Shown piece after piece: positions 25,076 to 36,404 of a DNA stretch of 64,000 nt. How positions within the stretch are numbered: position 1 is the first letter of the stretch; each line of letters starts with the position of its first letter. The DNA lies in contig CM120643.1 in the NCBI GenBank assembly GCA_051362555.1, positions 6,324,001 through 6,388,000 of the forward strand. The letters run 5' to 3'. A model generated the notes under the pieces. That model was not told where the DNA came from. It searched no databases and saw only the letters and a program-made list of their open reading frames with translations. The translations under genes were made by a program, and so were the position numbers. Origin of the DNA: Lingula anatina. Lineage: Eukaryota; Animalia; Brachiopoda.

Positions 25076-27533
25076 AACTAGAGGATCAGAGAGGCGATAC
25101 CGCCTCCGAATATTGTACCACCAGCTGGAGCAAGCGCATTCGTATAGACCCCCACATACACAAAATAAGGGACACAGCCACCAGTTTTGTGCTTGACAAG
25201 CTGTAAAAATGCAATCAACAAGAATTTTTAAACTATTGCAAAAAATATATATGGTACAATCAAATTTAAGTTCTTCGTAAGATAGGTCAAGGGTCAATTT
25301 CAAGGTCACAGTAAATTGCCAGTATATGACTTCCTATTCAAGTTCAAGAGTAACTATGGACCTATCTCTGTCAAGTTTGAAGTTAAAAGAGAAAGAAATT
25401 AGCAGAGTTAACTTCATGATAAAAAGTAGGTCAAAGGTCAATTTCAAGGTCACATTTAGATTGCCAGTATATGACTTTCTATTCAAGTTCAATAGTAACT
25501 ACGGACCTATCTCAGCCAGTTTTGGAGATAAAAGGAAAGCAAAATTTGCAAAGTTCAGTTCTTGGTGAAAAGTAGGTCAAAGGTCAATTTTAAGGTCACA
25601 TTTAGATTGCCAGTATATGACTTCCTATTCAAGTTCAATAGTAACTATGGACCTATCTCTGCCAGTTTTGGAGATAAAAGGAAAGCAAAATTTGCAAAGT
25701 TCAGTTCATGGTGAAAAGTAGGTCAAAGGTCAATTTTAAGGTCACATTTAGATTGCCAGTATATGACTTCCTATTCAAGTTCAATAGTAACTATGGACCT
25801 ATCTCTGCCAGTTTTGGAGATAAAAGGGAAGCAAAATTTGCAAAGTTCAGTTTATGGTGAAAAGTAGGTCAAAGGTCAATTTTAAGGTCACATATAGATT
25901 GCAAGTATATGACTTCCTATTCAAGTTCAATAGTAACTACGGACCTATCTCTGCCAGTTTTGGAGATAAAAGGAAAGTAAAATTTGGAAAGTTCAATTCA
26001 TGGTGAAAAGTAGGTCAAAGGTCAATTTCAAGGTCACATTTAGATTGCCAGTATATGACTTTCTTTTCAAGTTCAATAGTAACTACGGACCTATCTCAGC
26101 CAGTTTTGGAGATAAAAGGAAAGCAAAATTTGCAAAGTTCAGTTCATGGTGAAAAGTAGGTCAAAGGTCAATTTTAAGGTCACATATAGATTGCCAGTAT
26201 ATGACTTCCTATTCAAGTTCAATAGTAACTACGGACCTATCTCTGCCAGTTTTGGAGATAAAAGGAAAGCAAAATTTGCAAAGTTCAATTCATGGTGAAA
26301 AGTAGGTCAAAGGTCAATTTCAAGGTCACATTTAGATTGCCAGTATATGACTTTCTATTCAAGTTCAATACTAACTATGGACCTATCTCTGCCAGTTTTG
26401 GAGATAAAAGGGAAGCAAAATTTGCAAAGTTCAGTTCATGGTGAAAAGTAGGTCAAAGGTCAATTTCAAGGTCACAGTAAGATTGCCAGTATATGACTTC
26501 CTATTCAACTTCAATAGTAACTATGGACCTATCTCTGCCAGTTTTGGAGATATAAGGGACTAAATGTTATAATTTTGGAGTTACCATAATGTGCCTTAAA
26601 TTTCGTACAGAAAAAATTTATTAAAATAAAGAAAATGTCATTTTGGTCAAAATTCTTGAAATAGGAGGTGCTCTGAAGTTTCAGAAGTTCAAATTTGATA
26701 AAATAATGTCATTTTTGAACACAAGTTGTCTGCTTTGCCAAGCCTTTTGTTTTATTTTTCCAGAGTTCAAAATTTATTATCCATTACCGTACTGCACATT
26801 TTGCTTTTACCACCAATATGTACTTTTTGATACAGCGTAACTCGAAAACCGTATGGAATACAAAAAAACCGAGACCACCTCCAGTGTTGGGCTTTACATG
26901 CTCTACAAAATGGAAAAAAAGAATGGGTCTCTAGCATTAAGGGTTCCCGAATTAGAGACAGTTTTCAGTTTCGGTATCTTATGGCCGCTACTCCCGTGAA
27001 AATGCACCGATTGACCCCAAATTCATAGAGATGAAAGATGACCTGAAGGGTAACACTTTCCAATAATATTATTGGTTAAGTCTGTGTAGTGTCTGAATAA
27101 CAGGGCAAAAAAAATTTTTTTCGTAAAAAATTTCATTTTTTTGAAAATTTTGGCCCATTTGACCTTGAAGTAAAGGTCAAAGGTCAAATCCAAGGGTATA
27201 TTTGAAATCTACACATATGACTTTTGGAAAGCCGTCTATAGAAATTTTTCCCATAACTCCTTCTGTAGGGTAGATAATTAGCATTTAATTTTGCCATTTT
27301 TAGACAAGGGTGCATTGTAATGAGTGCCACACCCAGACCCCAATACCGACAAAGCCCAAATTTTACGTGGAACGAGTTGAGATTATAGGTGACCTAAATC
27401 CATGAGATGGGTACGGGGGCCCTTACCGTCTAGGAGGAGAAGCGGTAACGGTAGCCGTCCGGCGGAGCCAGCGGAACGATCCGGACGGGACCGAAACCAT
27501 GTGTACCGCCAGCGCTAACGCTGGTGGTACAAT
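25076..27533 (+). mobile_element. Non-autonomous Helentron/HINE element, copy B, with 146-bp array (~9 units), nested in the Gypsy 3' region
   Basis: Same 5' hairpin and subterminal motif as copy A; 3' hairpin GTACCGCCAGCG-ctaa-CGCTGGTGGTAC. It interrupts a short tgtaatactatgtt minisatellite present on both flanks. Confidence 0.85.
25280..26555. repeat. 146-bp tandem array inside Helentron copy B
   Basis: gtaggtcaaaggtca recurs at 25426, 25572, 25718, 25864, 26010, 26156, 26302 and 26448 (period 146). Confidence 0.97.
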
Positions 27534-27683
27534 TAATGAAATACTATGTTTATGATGTAATACTGTGTTAATAATGTAAAATTATGTTTATAATGTAATA
27601 TGTTAATATTCATTTGAAAGAAAAAATCATTATCATGTATGTTCATTCAAGAAAATAAACCATTGTATAAGTTTATTTCAGAT

Positions 27684-28353
27684 ATGGATGATCTAGACAT
27701 ACTAGATGAAGCCTGTTTTGTCCCGGATTATGATGACACTGATTTGGTGGAAGATCCTACTGTCCTAATTGGTGAAGAGGGGAAGGAAGTTATCCACTCA
27801 AATTGCAGAAGGAAGAAACAGAGGAAAGAAGTTCAGTGTGGTTTGTGTCTGGTGTCCAGTGCTGACCTGAGTAGACATCTTGGACGTCATGTGAAATCTG
27901 TTCATTTGCCATGGTATATGACTCCAGGATTGGTGTGCTGGTATTGCAGATCGATGGAGAAGGACTATTCGCTTTTGCGTAAACCATGACGGTGATGTTC
28001 ATTCGTATGGAACTGGTGAATTCGAGGAAAAACTGTGGATCCAATTGGTGAATGGATTTATACATTTCCTGATATTAACATTAAATATGAGAAATATATG
28101 GGAACTGATGGACTATGTGAAAAGTGAAGGACTAGTAATGTTGCCAGATAACTGTTCCAAGGAGGACATTGACTTTGTAAAAATATACATTTATGGAAAT
28201 GGTATGGAGCCTAAGACTGAGATTCTGAATTCTTTGTTGACTTTGTTTCACTGGAAAACTTTGTATCATCTGTTACAAAAACTTTCATCAGAGGATCGTG
28301 AACTCAGTAGTCATTGGTATCGGCGGATGGAATTTACTTTGCTATATGGATAA
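27684..28353 (+). pseudogene. Accessory ORF 2 of the Gypsy element: double zinc-finger protein (~222 aa) split by a 1-nt insertion near 27984
   Basis: ATG two bases after a tttcAG acceptor. CGLC...HVKSVH-LPWY-CWYC-x12-H-x4-H is restored by removing one C (cgt aaa c cat gac), which puts it in frame with ORF 28045-28353 (LWIQLVNGFIHFL...LFHWKTLYHLLQKLS). Confidence 0.65.
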
Positions 28354-28717
28354 AAAATGAACTATATAATGATTTGACATTTCACATTGACATTGTTATC
28401 ATTACTAATGTTGTTTTGAGCAACTTTGAGTTAAAATCACTTTGTTTGCTTTTAAAGTTGATTTAAAGTGATAATGGATTTAAAACTTTGTTTTGCATTC
28501 CTAAGGATGAACATTTATGCTGAGAGATGGACTTGATTGACTTTACTTGTGTTAAAGTTAAATGTTGAATCTTGGCATAACAAGAATGAACTTAATTGCA
28601 TTACTTGCTCATTTTAAAGGTAAAGTACGATTACATTTGTTAAATTATAGTAATTGTTAGTTTAACAATTTAAAGTAATGGTTTATATTGTAATAATAGG
28701 GGGGAGTTTTGTTCGAC

Positions 28718-28731
28718 AAAAGGGGGGAGAG
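28718..28731 (+). other. Polypurine tract of the Gypsy element
   Basis: aaaaggggggagag immediately before TGTGACG. Confidence 0.75.
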
Positions 28732-29240
28732 TGTGACGATGTAGTGTGTTAGATGAGATCATTTTATATTGCTACCGGTAGATGTCTCTGTAAGTAAAGT
28801 GTTACCCGGTGTGCAAGTTTGAATCTCTCCCGTGATTGGTAACTTAAAGGTAAAACTGTTCACTGTATAGTTGGTTCTGATTGGTAAACGTGTACTATCT
28901 GAACTTGTATATAAGGTCCGACTTGAAATAAATCGCTCTCTTTGTTGGGACTTTTGGCTCTAGCCTCTGTGTTCTTGGCTCTTTTGGTCCTCTTTGCGGC
29001 TCTCTTTGGCTCTTTGCGGCTCTTAACTCTGAGATACCAGTAAGTACATTGTTATTTGTACCTTCATAAGGCACTCGGCCGTGAAGGCGTAACAGCATGA
29101 CTGATGTTGGAAGGCAGCTTGATGTCAATATGGAGAATATATAAGTACCTATGTTGATAACATCATATTATTGCTATCGTCTGTTATTTGGTACAATCAT
29201 TTTTACAAGGCTTTTACTGGTTTCCTTCAAAGGGACAACA
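28732..29240 (+). mobile_element. Probable 3' LTR of the Gypsy element (right end uncertain: CGTAACA at 29094 or GGACAACA at 29240)
   Basis: Starts with TG after the PPT; contains two GATTGG (CCAAT) boxes, TATATAA at ~28908, a CT-rich leader and a GTAAGT donor at 29040. No 5' LTR in the window. Confidence 0.6.
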
Positions 29241-29848
29241 GTATTTAAATGAACAGTATAGGCCAATTCCGTTCATTATTGGAAAGTCTCCGAGGTTGGT
29301 AAGACAAAATTGAATGATGAGCACAAGAAAATGATAAGAATAGGAGCCATTGGAAAACAAAAAAGCGTTCAAAAAAGCTGTTCACCAACAGACTAAGTCC
29401 ACGTCGTAGAAGTGAAATAGATGGAAATGTGATGATTATTTTTGTAGCTGATTTGAAGTAGCAATCTGTCCCCCAACAAAATGATTTAGTTCATGTAGAT
29501 GTGAATAGACAGAAACACGCTGATCATTTTTTTAAAGATGTTTTTGCAGCAGATTTGCAGTAGTAACCTATTCCCCAACAAAATAACTAAGTTCACGTAG
29601 TAGTATAGTGGTATTAATTAAGTTATTCGTGAACATTTCTCTTGGATTACTGCCTATCATTACGGCACGAATGTTACATACCACCTTACATGATATTAGG
29701 TAGTTCTGCATAAAAAAAAAGAATACAGAATATTTATATAGGCCAAATTGTATTATGGTGATGACATAGAAGTCACTTTTCTTACAGCTAAGGACAAATA
29801 ATATTCATTTTGCATTACAAATCTAGCTCAACGTCATGCACTTGCAAG

Positions 29849-30228
29849 ATTCAAAGTACAGTTCCTGTATACATGTGGCAGCATACTGTGTGTTATGAAG
29901 TATATCATGTAATTCAAAGTACAGTTCCTGTATACATGTGGCAGCATACTGTGTGTTATGGAGTATGTCATGTAATTCAAAGTACAGTTCCTGTATACAT
30001 GTGGCAGCATACTGTGTGTTATGGAGTATGTCATGTAATTCAAAGTACAGTTCCTGTATACATGTGGCAGCATACTGTGTGTTATGAAGTATGTCATGTA
30101 ATTCAAAGTACAGTTCCTGTATACATGTGGCAGCACACTGTGTCATGAAGTATGTCATGTAATTCAAAGTACAGTTCCTGTATACATGTGACAGCATACT
30201 GTGTGTTATGGAGTATGTCATGTAATTC
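29849..30228. repeat. 63-bp minisatellite, ~6 copies
   Basis: attcaaagtacagttcctgtatacatgtggcagcatactgtgtgttatg(a/g)agtatgtcatgta repeated; explains the three repetitive ORFs here. Confidence 0.97.
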
Positions 30229-30533
30229 AGACAATTAAAATACTTCAATGAAAGGAATTACTGTTTTTACCTTTTAAAATATAGCTTATGTGTGTTGAAA
30301 TCAGTCCTTATCTTAGCAACAGGCAACGAGACCATAAAACCAAATATTTGTGTTCAAGAAACAATGGAAATTACAGATAAAGTAACACCTGTTCAAATCA
30401 TGGGCATTATGGAGTAACGACCAGTCATTAAAAACATTAACGCCGTCAGCAGATCCCGTCATTGCTATATTACACCATACACAATTCATACTTTGGGACT
30501 TTGCAACCTATGAACCATGAAACCTCAGACAAG

Positions 30534-30932
30534 TGAACCTTCTGACTAGCAAACCTTTGGAACAGCTGGACATTAGCATCATCAAACTATCAGATCAATG
30601 AACCTTCTGACTATTGAACCTTTTGAACCATTGGATCTTGGCATCATCAAACTATCAGACCAATGAACCGTCTGACTATTGAACCTTTTGAACCACTGGA
30701 TCTTGGCATCATCAAACAATCAGACCAATGAACCGTCTGACTATTGAACCTTTTGAACCACTGGATCTTGGCATCATCAAACTATCAGACCAATGAACCG
30801 TCTGACTATTGAACCTTTTGAACCATTGGATCTTGGCATCATCAAACTATCAGACCAATGAACCTTCTGACTATTGAACCTTTTGAACCACTGGATCTTG
30901 GCATCATCAAACTATCAGACCAATGAACCTTC
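30534..30932. repeat. 65-bp minisatellite (~6 copies) built from ~16-bp subunits
   Basis: tgaacc(t/g)tctgactat-tgaaccttttgaacca-(c/t)tggatcttggcatca-tcaaactatcagaccaa, with starts at 30599, 30664, 30729 and onward. Confidence 0.95.
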
Positions 30933-30980
30933 GAATTGCCGTCATCTGACAAATCATTTAACAATGAACTTATAATAATT

Positions 30981-33900
30981 CAGGGTTCATACAGCAAAGC
31001 GAAAAGCAAATTCAAGGACTTTCAATGACTTTTGAAGCTATAATTCAAGTACTTTTCAAGGACTTTTGAATGTTAACGAAAATTATCACCATCTATTAGT
31101 GTTCTCCCCTTTCTTTCTAATACCCTTTTTAATTACTTAATTCATACGCAGCAGTTTCTTCCAATGCCCATAACCTCAGACACTAATCGGACCAAAATCG
31201 ATTTAATTTCATTTTATCATAATAATTACATGTATTCACAATTAGTTGATAATAAAAACAGCAACAATTTAATCAAGGTTTTCAAACTTTTTTATTGCAA
31301 CTATTCATGTGCCCTCACATCTTTCAATATTACCATCACCAAGTTTAACTTTTGAGTTTTTCAACTTTATCAGCTAGTTCATTTTTTAACAGTTCCAACT
31401 CTTTCATTTTCTCTTTAATAGTCCTTCGGAAAGAGTTTGATTGCGTAACAAAACTTATCTGACCAGTTGTTTCTGCTTTTTCAGCTAACTTGTCAGCTTT
31501 TTCAGCTAAGAGATCAATGTCTGATTGTATTCTTTGTTTTTTGTGCTTTAGTTCTTCTATTTCTTCACATCCGTCTTTCATTTTCCTCTTTTCAGCATCA
31601 GTTCTCTTTTTTTCACGCTCGCTTTCTAGATATTGTTCATATTTCCGTCTTGAAGAAGCTGCAGAGACAAGCAGAGCATTTGTAATTGGCACTTCCAATA
31701 CACCGCCCTTAGATTTCACATAGTCACAGATAATCCTCTGGGCAACAATGCTTTCCTCCTTCAAGTTTTCCACCTCTACTTTTTTGTTAATAGAAAAACC
31801 CCTCTCAACATTGGCTTGGCCATGGGACAAGACAAGCAGCATCCTACATACTTCAAATAACTTACAGTACTGATCAACCTTCATGTATGTACTCAAAAAC
31901 TCGTCAAGTCTATCAGTGTTTTGATTGAAATTTGCAAATTTATCTGAACCAAATACTGAAATATTGTCTAGAAATGAATCATACTGATTTAACACAACAT
32001 CACAGTCATTTTCATCTAGCCTGTTTGCATTTATCAACAAAGTAACAACTTTCTTCATCTTGACCCTACATTCATCTGGATGGGGGACCATTTCTTTGGG
32101 GTTCAGGGCAGAAAGATTCCTCACTAGAGAATAGGAAATTGGACATTTGGTCAGCATGTGCTGAGTGGTTTTAACCAAGAAGTCCTTGCACTGCATTCTA
32201 AAGTCCATCACATTTCTGTCACTTGGCTTTAAGGGTGCAGCTACATGTTGTGCTTCTTTTAGTGCTTTCTCTGTTAAAACACCAAGGTCTACTTTGCTGT
32301 AGCTGAGGTGATTTTGATCATCACTGACATCTATCTTTGAAAGCTGATCCACATTTCTGCATGCTGTGAGTACTTCTTTTTTGATGAACCTTCTCATCAG
32401 AGCCTTCACTAAACCTGCTAAGTCAGCAGACAAGAAAGGGACCATAGGTTTATCCGTCTGGTAAGAAGCCAGAAAAGGCTGAAGGTGGGCTGATACACAT
32501 TTGAAAAACTGCATTTTGGCCTTGATGAACTTGTCATTAACAGCTTCCTTCACAACACTAAATGATGTGTTTACAGGTTTGGTCACCTTTCCGCTCTCAG
32601 CTGCCTTTACATATTTTTCCACGTCTTGCCACACTGAAAATGCCCTGTCACAAACGGGCACATTCTCAAGCCACCTGTGGCTGCAAAATTTCAATGGAAA
32701 AACACTGCTCCCAGTAACTTTTGAGTAGTCAGTCATCCCTCCTTGCAGGAGAATCATGAAACAAATAGTACAAACTTTTGAAAACATCATCAATTTTCCA
32801 TTTCGACGCGACACCACCAGCCTTGAAACTATTGTGAACTATATGTAGGCCACAGGAGCCAATGTTTATTATTGAAGAATCGTAATCATTGGACAATGTC
32901 CTTTTAAGAATGTCAATGAATTTCCAGTTAACATTTGGTCCATCCATGCTTACTTGGATCATATTCCTAATGTCAAGTCCACTTTCTAAAACTCCCTTGC
33001 TAAAATGTGTCATCATGTCCTCAGCAGTAGAATGGCCTAAAATATAAAAGTCAATATTTCAAAACAAATTAGGACATCTGAAAATTAATTTCTTGTTTCT
33101 CTTCATTCAATTCCAATTTTGACACTTTTGCAGTATTTATCCCCACCATATAACTCTGTGATATTCAATGTTTCTGCTACTCAGATAAATTAATTTAGCA
33201 ATTCATTTACTGATTTTAATTTTAACTAATTTTACATGAAACTAAGCCTTCCAGATAAAATGAGACCCAAGGCAGATTTGCTGTAATCTCACAGGTCAAG
33301 GAACTTAAAGGTTTATTTAAAAAAAGATTTTAAAAAATATGTTAGCAAATTTCCAAGCTAATTTATTTGAACAGCAAAGACATTGGCCAAAGTCACCACA
33401 TAATTTTATTTTGATTTGCATTAAAAATTAGTTACAGGGTGGAGGGGAGAGGGATACTGCAAAGTTACCCAAATTTTCTCATTAAAATGGTAATATAATT
33501 ATAAATAGTAAATACTTTTCATGGAGTTTATTTCAAAAAAAAAAAAAAAAAAGAAAGAAACTGCTGTCCCTTTAAATTTCACTTAAAATACATACCCAAA
33601 AACTGTGACCCAAGGAAACGTGTTGTCACTTGGTTACCATCCCAATACCTCACATGAATGTCCATTTGCTTTTTCTGGCTCTTTTTGTTCAGGCTCTCAT
33701 CAAAAAGAATGGTAAAGTAACCCTGGATGTCCTTCTTCAACAATTGCAGAAAATAGTCACTAATGCCAAAGACACACAAGTATGAGGTCTTCCTTGAGCT
33801 GCATGAGAATTTGGCGGCAACGGCACTGTCCGGAAACATTGTCTTAAACAGGTTGCCGATTTCGTCATTAGATGAATACGAGCAATGTGTTGTCACGGTT

Positions 33901-34675
33901 CTCAGTGCCCACAGAATCTCAGCTTTTAGCACCTCGTTGTTATTGAAATGAGCTGCAATGCTTACCGATGCCTGTGGTTGACTTTCTGGAGCTGGTATCA
34001 TAAGTTCATTGCACAAACTGGAACTAGTCGGCTGACTAGTGGTAGCCGGATGCACACTCAGACTTTGTGCAGCTGATTTAGAATTCGTCTTATGCCGTTC
34101 CCCCCTTTCGTGCGATTTCAGAGCACTTTCTCCCATGCTTGAAATGTCAAGTGCCTTAAAACAAACGGTGCAGTTTGCTTTGTGAATATCTCCTTTAAAA
34201 GCTTTGACCCAAGGATACTTTCTTGTCCATTCTTTTTTAAAAACGCACTTTCCCATGATAAAATATAACGTTATTAAAATCCACGTGAAATATCGGTACA
34301 TGTTATCCATTCAACAACTCTCGCGGTCCACGTGGTTCCTACATGCGAAATAGAGGCCCCATGACGTCATCGCTTCGTGATGAATCACCAAGTATGGGAA
34401 TCCCCATTCTTATCGATCATGCTAATTTCTTTTCACTTCGGCGAGAATAACTAAGCGAATTATTATCTATATTTGGAGTAAGAACTAATCGACATGCAAT
34501 ATCATTATTGACCAATAGTTTATTGAACAAATTCAAGCACTTTTTAAGGACAAAAATAATGAAATACAAGTACTCTTCAAGGAAAATGGCAGTTTCAAGT
34601 ACTTTTCAAGGCCACCAACCAAATTCAAGGCACCAAGCTAAATTCCAAGCACTTTCCAAGCCTGTGCGAACCCTG
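30981..34675 (-). mobile_element. Full-length hAT DNA transposon with 5-bp TSD (hAT5-like), 3695 bp
   Basis: TIR CAGGGTTCRYACAG at both ends; TAATT duplicated (30976-80 and 34676-80); TTCAAG(G/T/C)AC subterminal repeats at both ends; encodes a transposase. Confidence 0.93.
31345..34256 (-). pseudogene. hAT transposase (~782 aa when repaired): exon 1 34256-33596, GT-AG intron 33595-33037, exon 2 33036-31345; one 4-bp duplication frameshift at 32727-32734
   Basis: BED-like finger CTVC...HERGERH; LFDESLN; splice join gives FLG-HSTAED; SMDGPNVN; CGLHIVHN (CxxH); SHRWLEN; SHGQANVERGFS; charged coiled-coil-like C-terminus. Confidence 0.93.
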
Positions 34676-35041
34676 TAATTTCATAAATTCACAAAATGAC
34701 AATATTTAGTAATTAAAATAAATATCAGAATCAGAAACATAGATAAAAATACACAAAAATAACTACATTGCTACTTCAATTTTATATACTCAGGAATACT
34801 ATGACATCAAACCAAACTGCTAAAAATAAAACAATATCATGGAATTAGAATTAGAAAACAAAAATACAGTTTATCATCAGTTATAGGGTAAACAACAGAT
34901 GTGTCACAAAGTGCTGACTATGGCAATGACACTGGACAGACACAGTGATCAGAATATAGACAGACTGAGTGTCTGTATATAATAAATATGTGATAAAATT
35001 TGCAATTATACCTTAATGAACTCGCAATAACAGTGATCATC

Positions 35042-35350
35042 TATAACACATCATATCTGACCTGAAATATAAATTCACATTTAAACATTTTCACTGGTGC
35101 TCTTTTCTCTTCAGTGATGGCTTATTGTCTACCACAATCTCGCTGTATATACTACCTCCACTAGTACTGTAACAGTTTCCATGCATATGGGGAAAATTAT
35201 TATAACACATCACAACTGAGCTGAAATATCAATTCACTTTTAAACATTTCCATTGTGCCTATTCATCTTCAGTGACAGGGTATTGTCCAACACAATCTCC
35301 TTGCTTTATATACCCTGCCTCTATAGTTTCCATGCATATGGGGGGAAATT
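35042..35350. repeat. Diverged ~160-bp tandem duplication
   Basis: tataacacatca...ctgaaatat...aattcac...cagtttccatgcatatgggg at 35042 and 35201. Confidence 0.65.
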
Positions 35351-35399
35351 GATTCTTTGTGTTACCTGGAACCCACATTTGTTGTGTAATTGTACTGTT

Positions 35400-36005
35400 C
35401 CATATAACTGGCTCCAAAGGATCTGCTGTGTTTGGAGGTCTTGTTCTGGGTGGTTCTGGCAGCACTCTCTCTCAATCAGGATAAAACTGACCTCTTGGTC
35501 TGCCAGCAGCTCTTTACACAATTCCAGAAGTGTATTTGCTAAAAACATAAATGAAATGAGTATAACTGTTTGAAATGAATTTGGACCATCTATGTAATAT
35601 AGTGCAAACTACTATTAGGAACCATCTAATGATACACTATTCATATATAGGATGGTTTTGTAAGATGCACAAGATCATTTTTGTATCACCATACTTGATA
35701 TTTATATCTTGATAATGCTCACATAAATTAAAATAAAAGTATTCATTTTGTGTTTTGAGCACTTAATGACAATAAAACTTGAATTTGTATGCTATCTGCA
35801 AGAAGTCACCTGTTTACAATGGCTGCCCTGTCTCATTTATCCTAAAACTTGCCACATCCCGTGTCTTGCACAACTGGGTGAGATGAAGATGTTCCTGTTG
35901 CTGCCTTTTAGTATCTGCTTCAGTCTTATAAAATACATTCCCCCCATGTTCAGCCAGTTAAAATCTGTTCAACTAGAAGACACCATGCTGTATGGAGACT
36001 GGAGC
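35400..36005 (-). pseudogene. Highly eroded P-element/THAP9-like transposase C-terminal exons
   Basis: LQSPYS...DFNWL...NRNIFISP (36005-35810, ending at a CAG|GTGA donor) and NTLLELCKELLADQEVSFILIER...DPLE resemble the P-type LxPY...RFxWL...MFLS and LL...ILTERFxQDPLE motifs. Confidence 0.4.
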
Positions 36006-36404
36006 TGGAAAAAGAGACATGACAATGTATAAGTGAAGGTACACAAATTACCTTGCCTTATGGAGGTTACTGAGCACAACTGTGACAAAAGGGACCAGCA
36101 CATTCTCAGATTGAACATAGTTAAATATACAGAACTCTGCTAAATCTGTTGGAACTTTTGTGAAATTTGAACACAAAATGCCTAATAATTGTTAAAATCT
36201 GGGATAATTATATCAATTGGCTGTGCTTAATTCATAGACAATTTCTGAGGAGTAATTTGAGAGAAGTCACTTAAGAAATTGCTAATAAAATTCTAAATCG
36301 TGAAAAAATTACTGTAACTTAAAGGTAAACAAAATATGATTATTGTTTTTTTCTCAGGAAGATTAGGAGACCAATTATCTATTGTCACATGACAATCCGT
36401 ACAG

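Noticed and set aside
29810-30248. Three overlapping repetitive ORFs
   Set aside because: By-product of a 63-bp unit divisible by 3; open on both strands with no splice or domain evidence.
31345-32817. 490-aa ORF as a standalone gene starting MVSRRNG
   Set aside because: Its first ~29 aa are out-of-frame sequence upstream of the 4-bp duplication; it is the 3' part of the hAT transposase.
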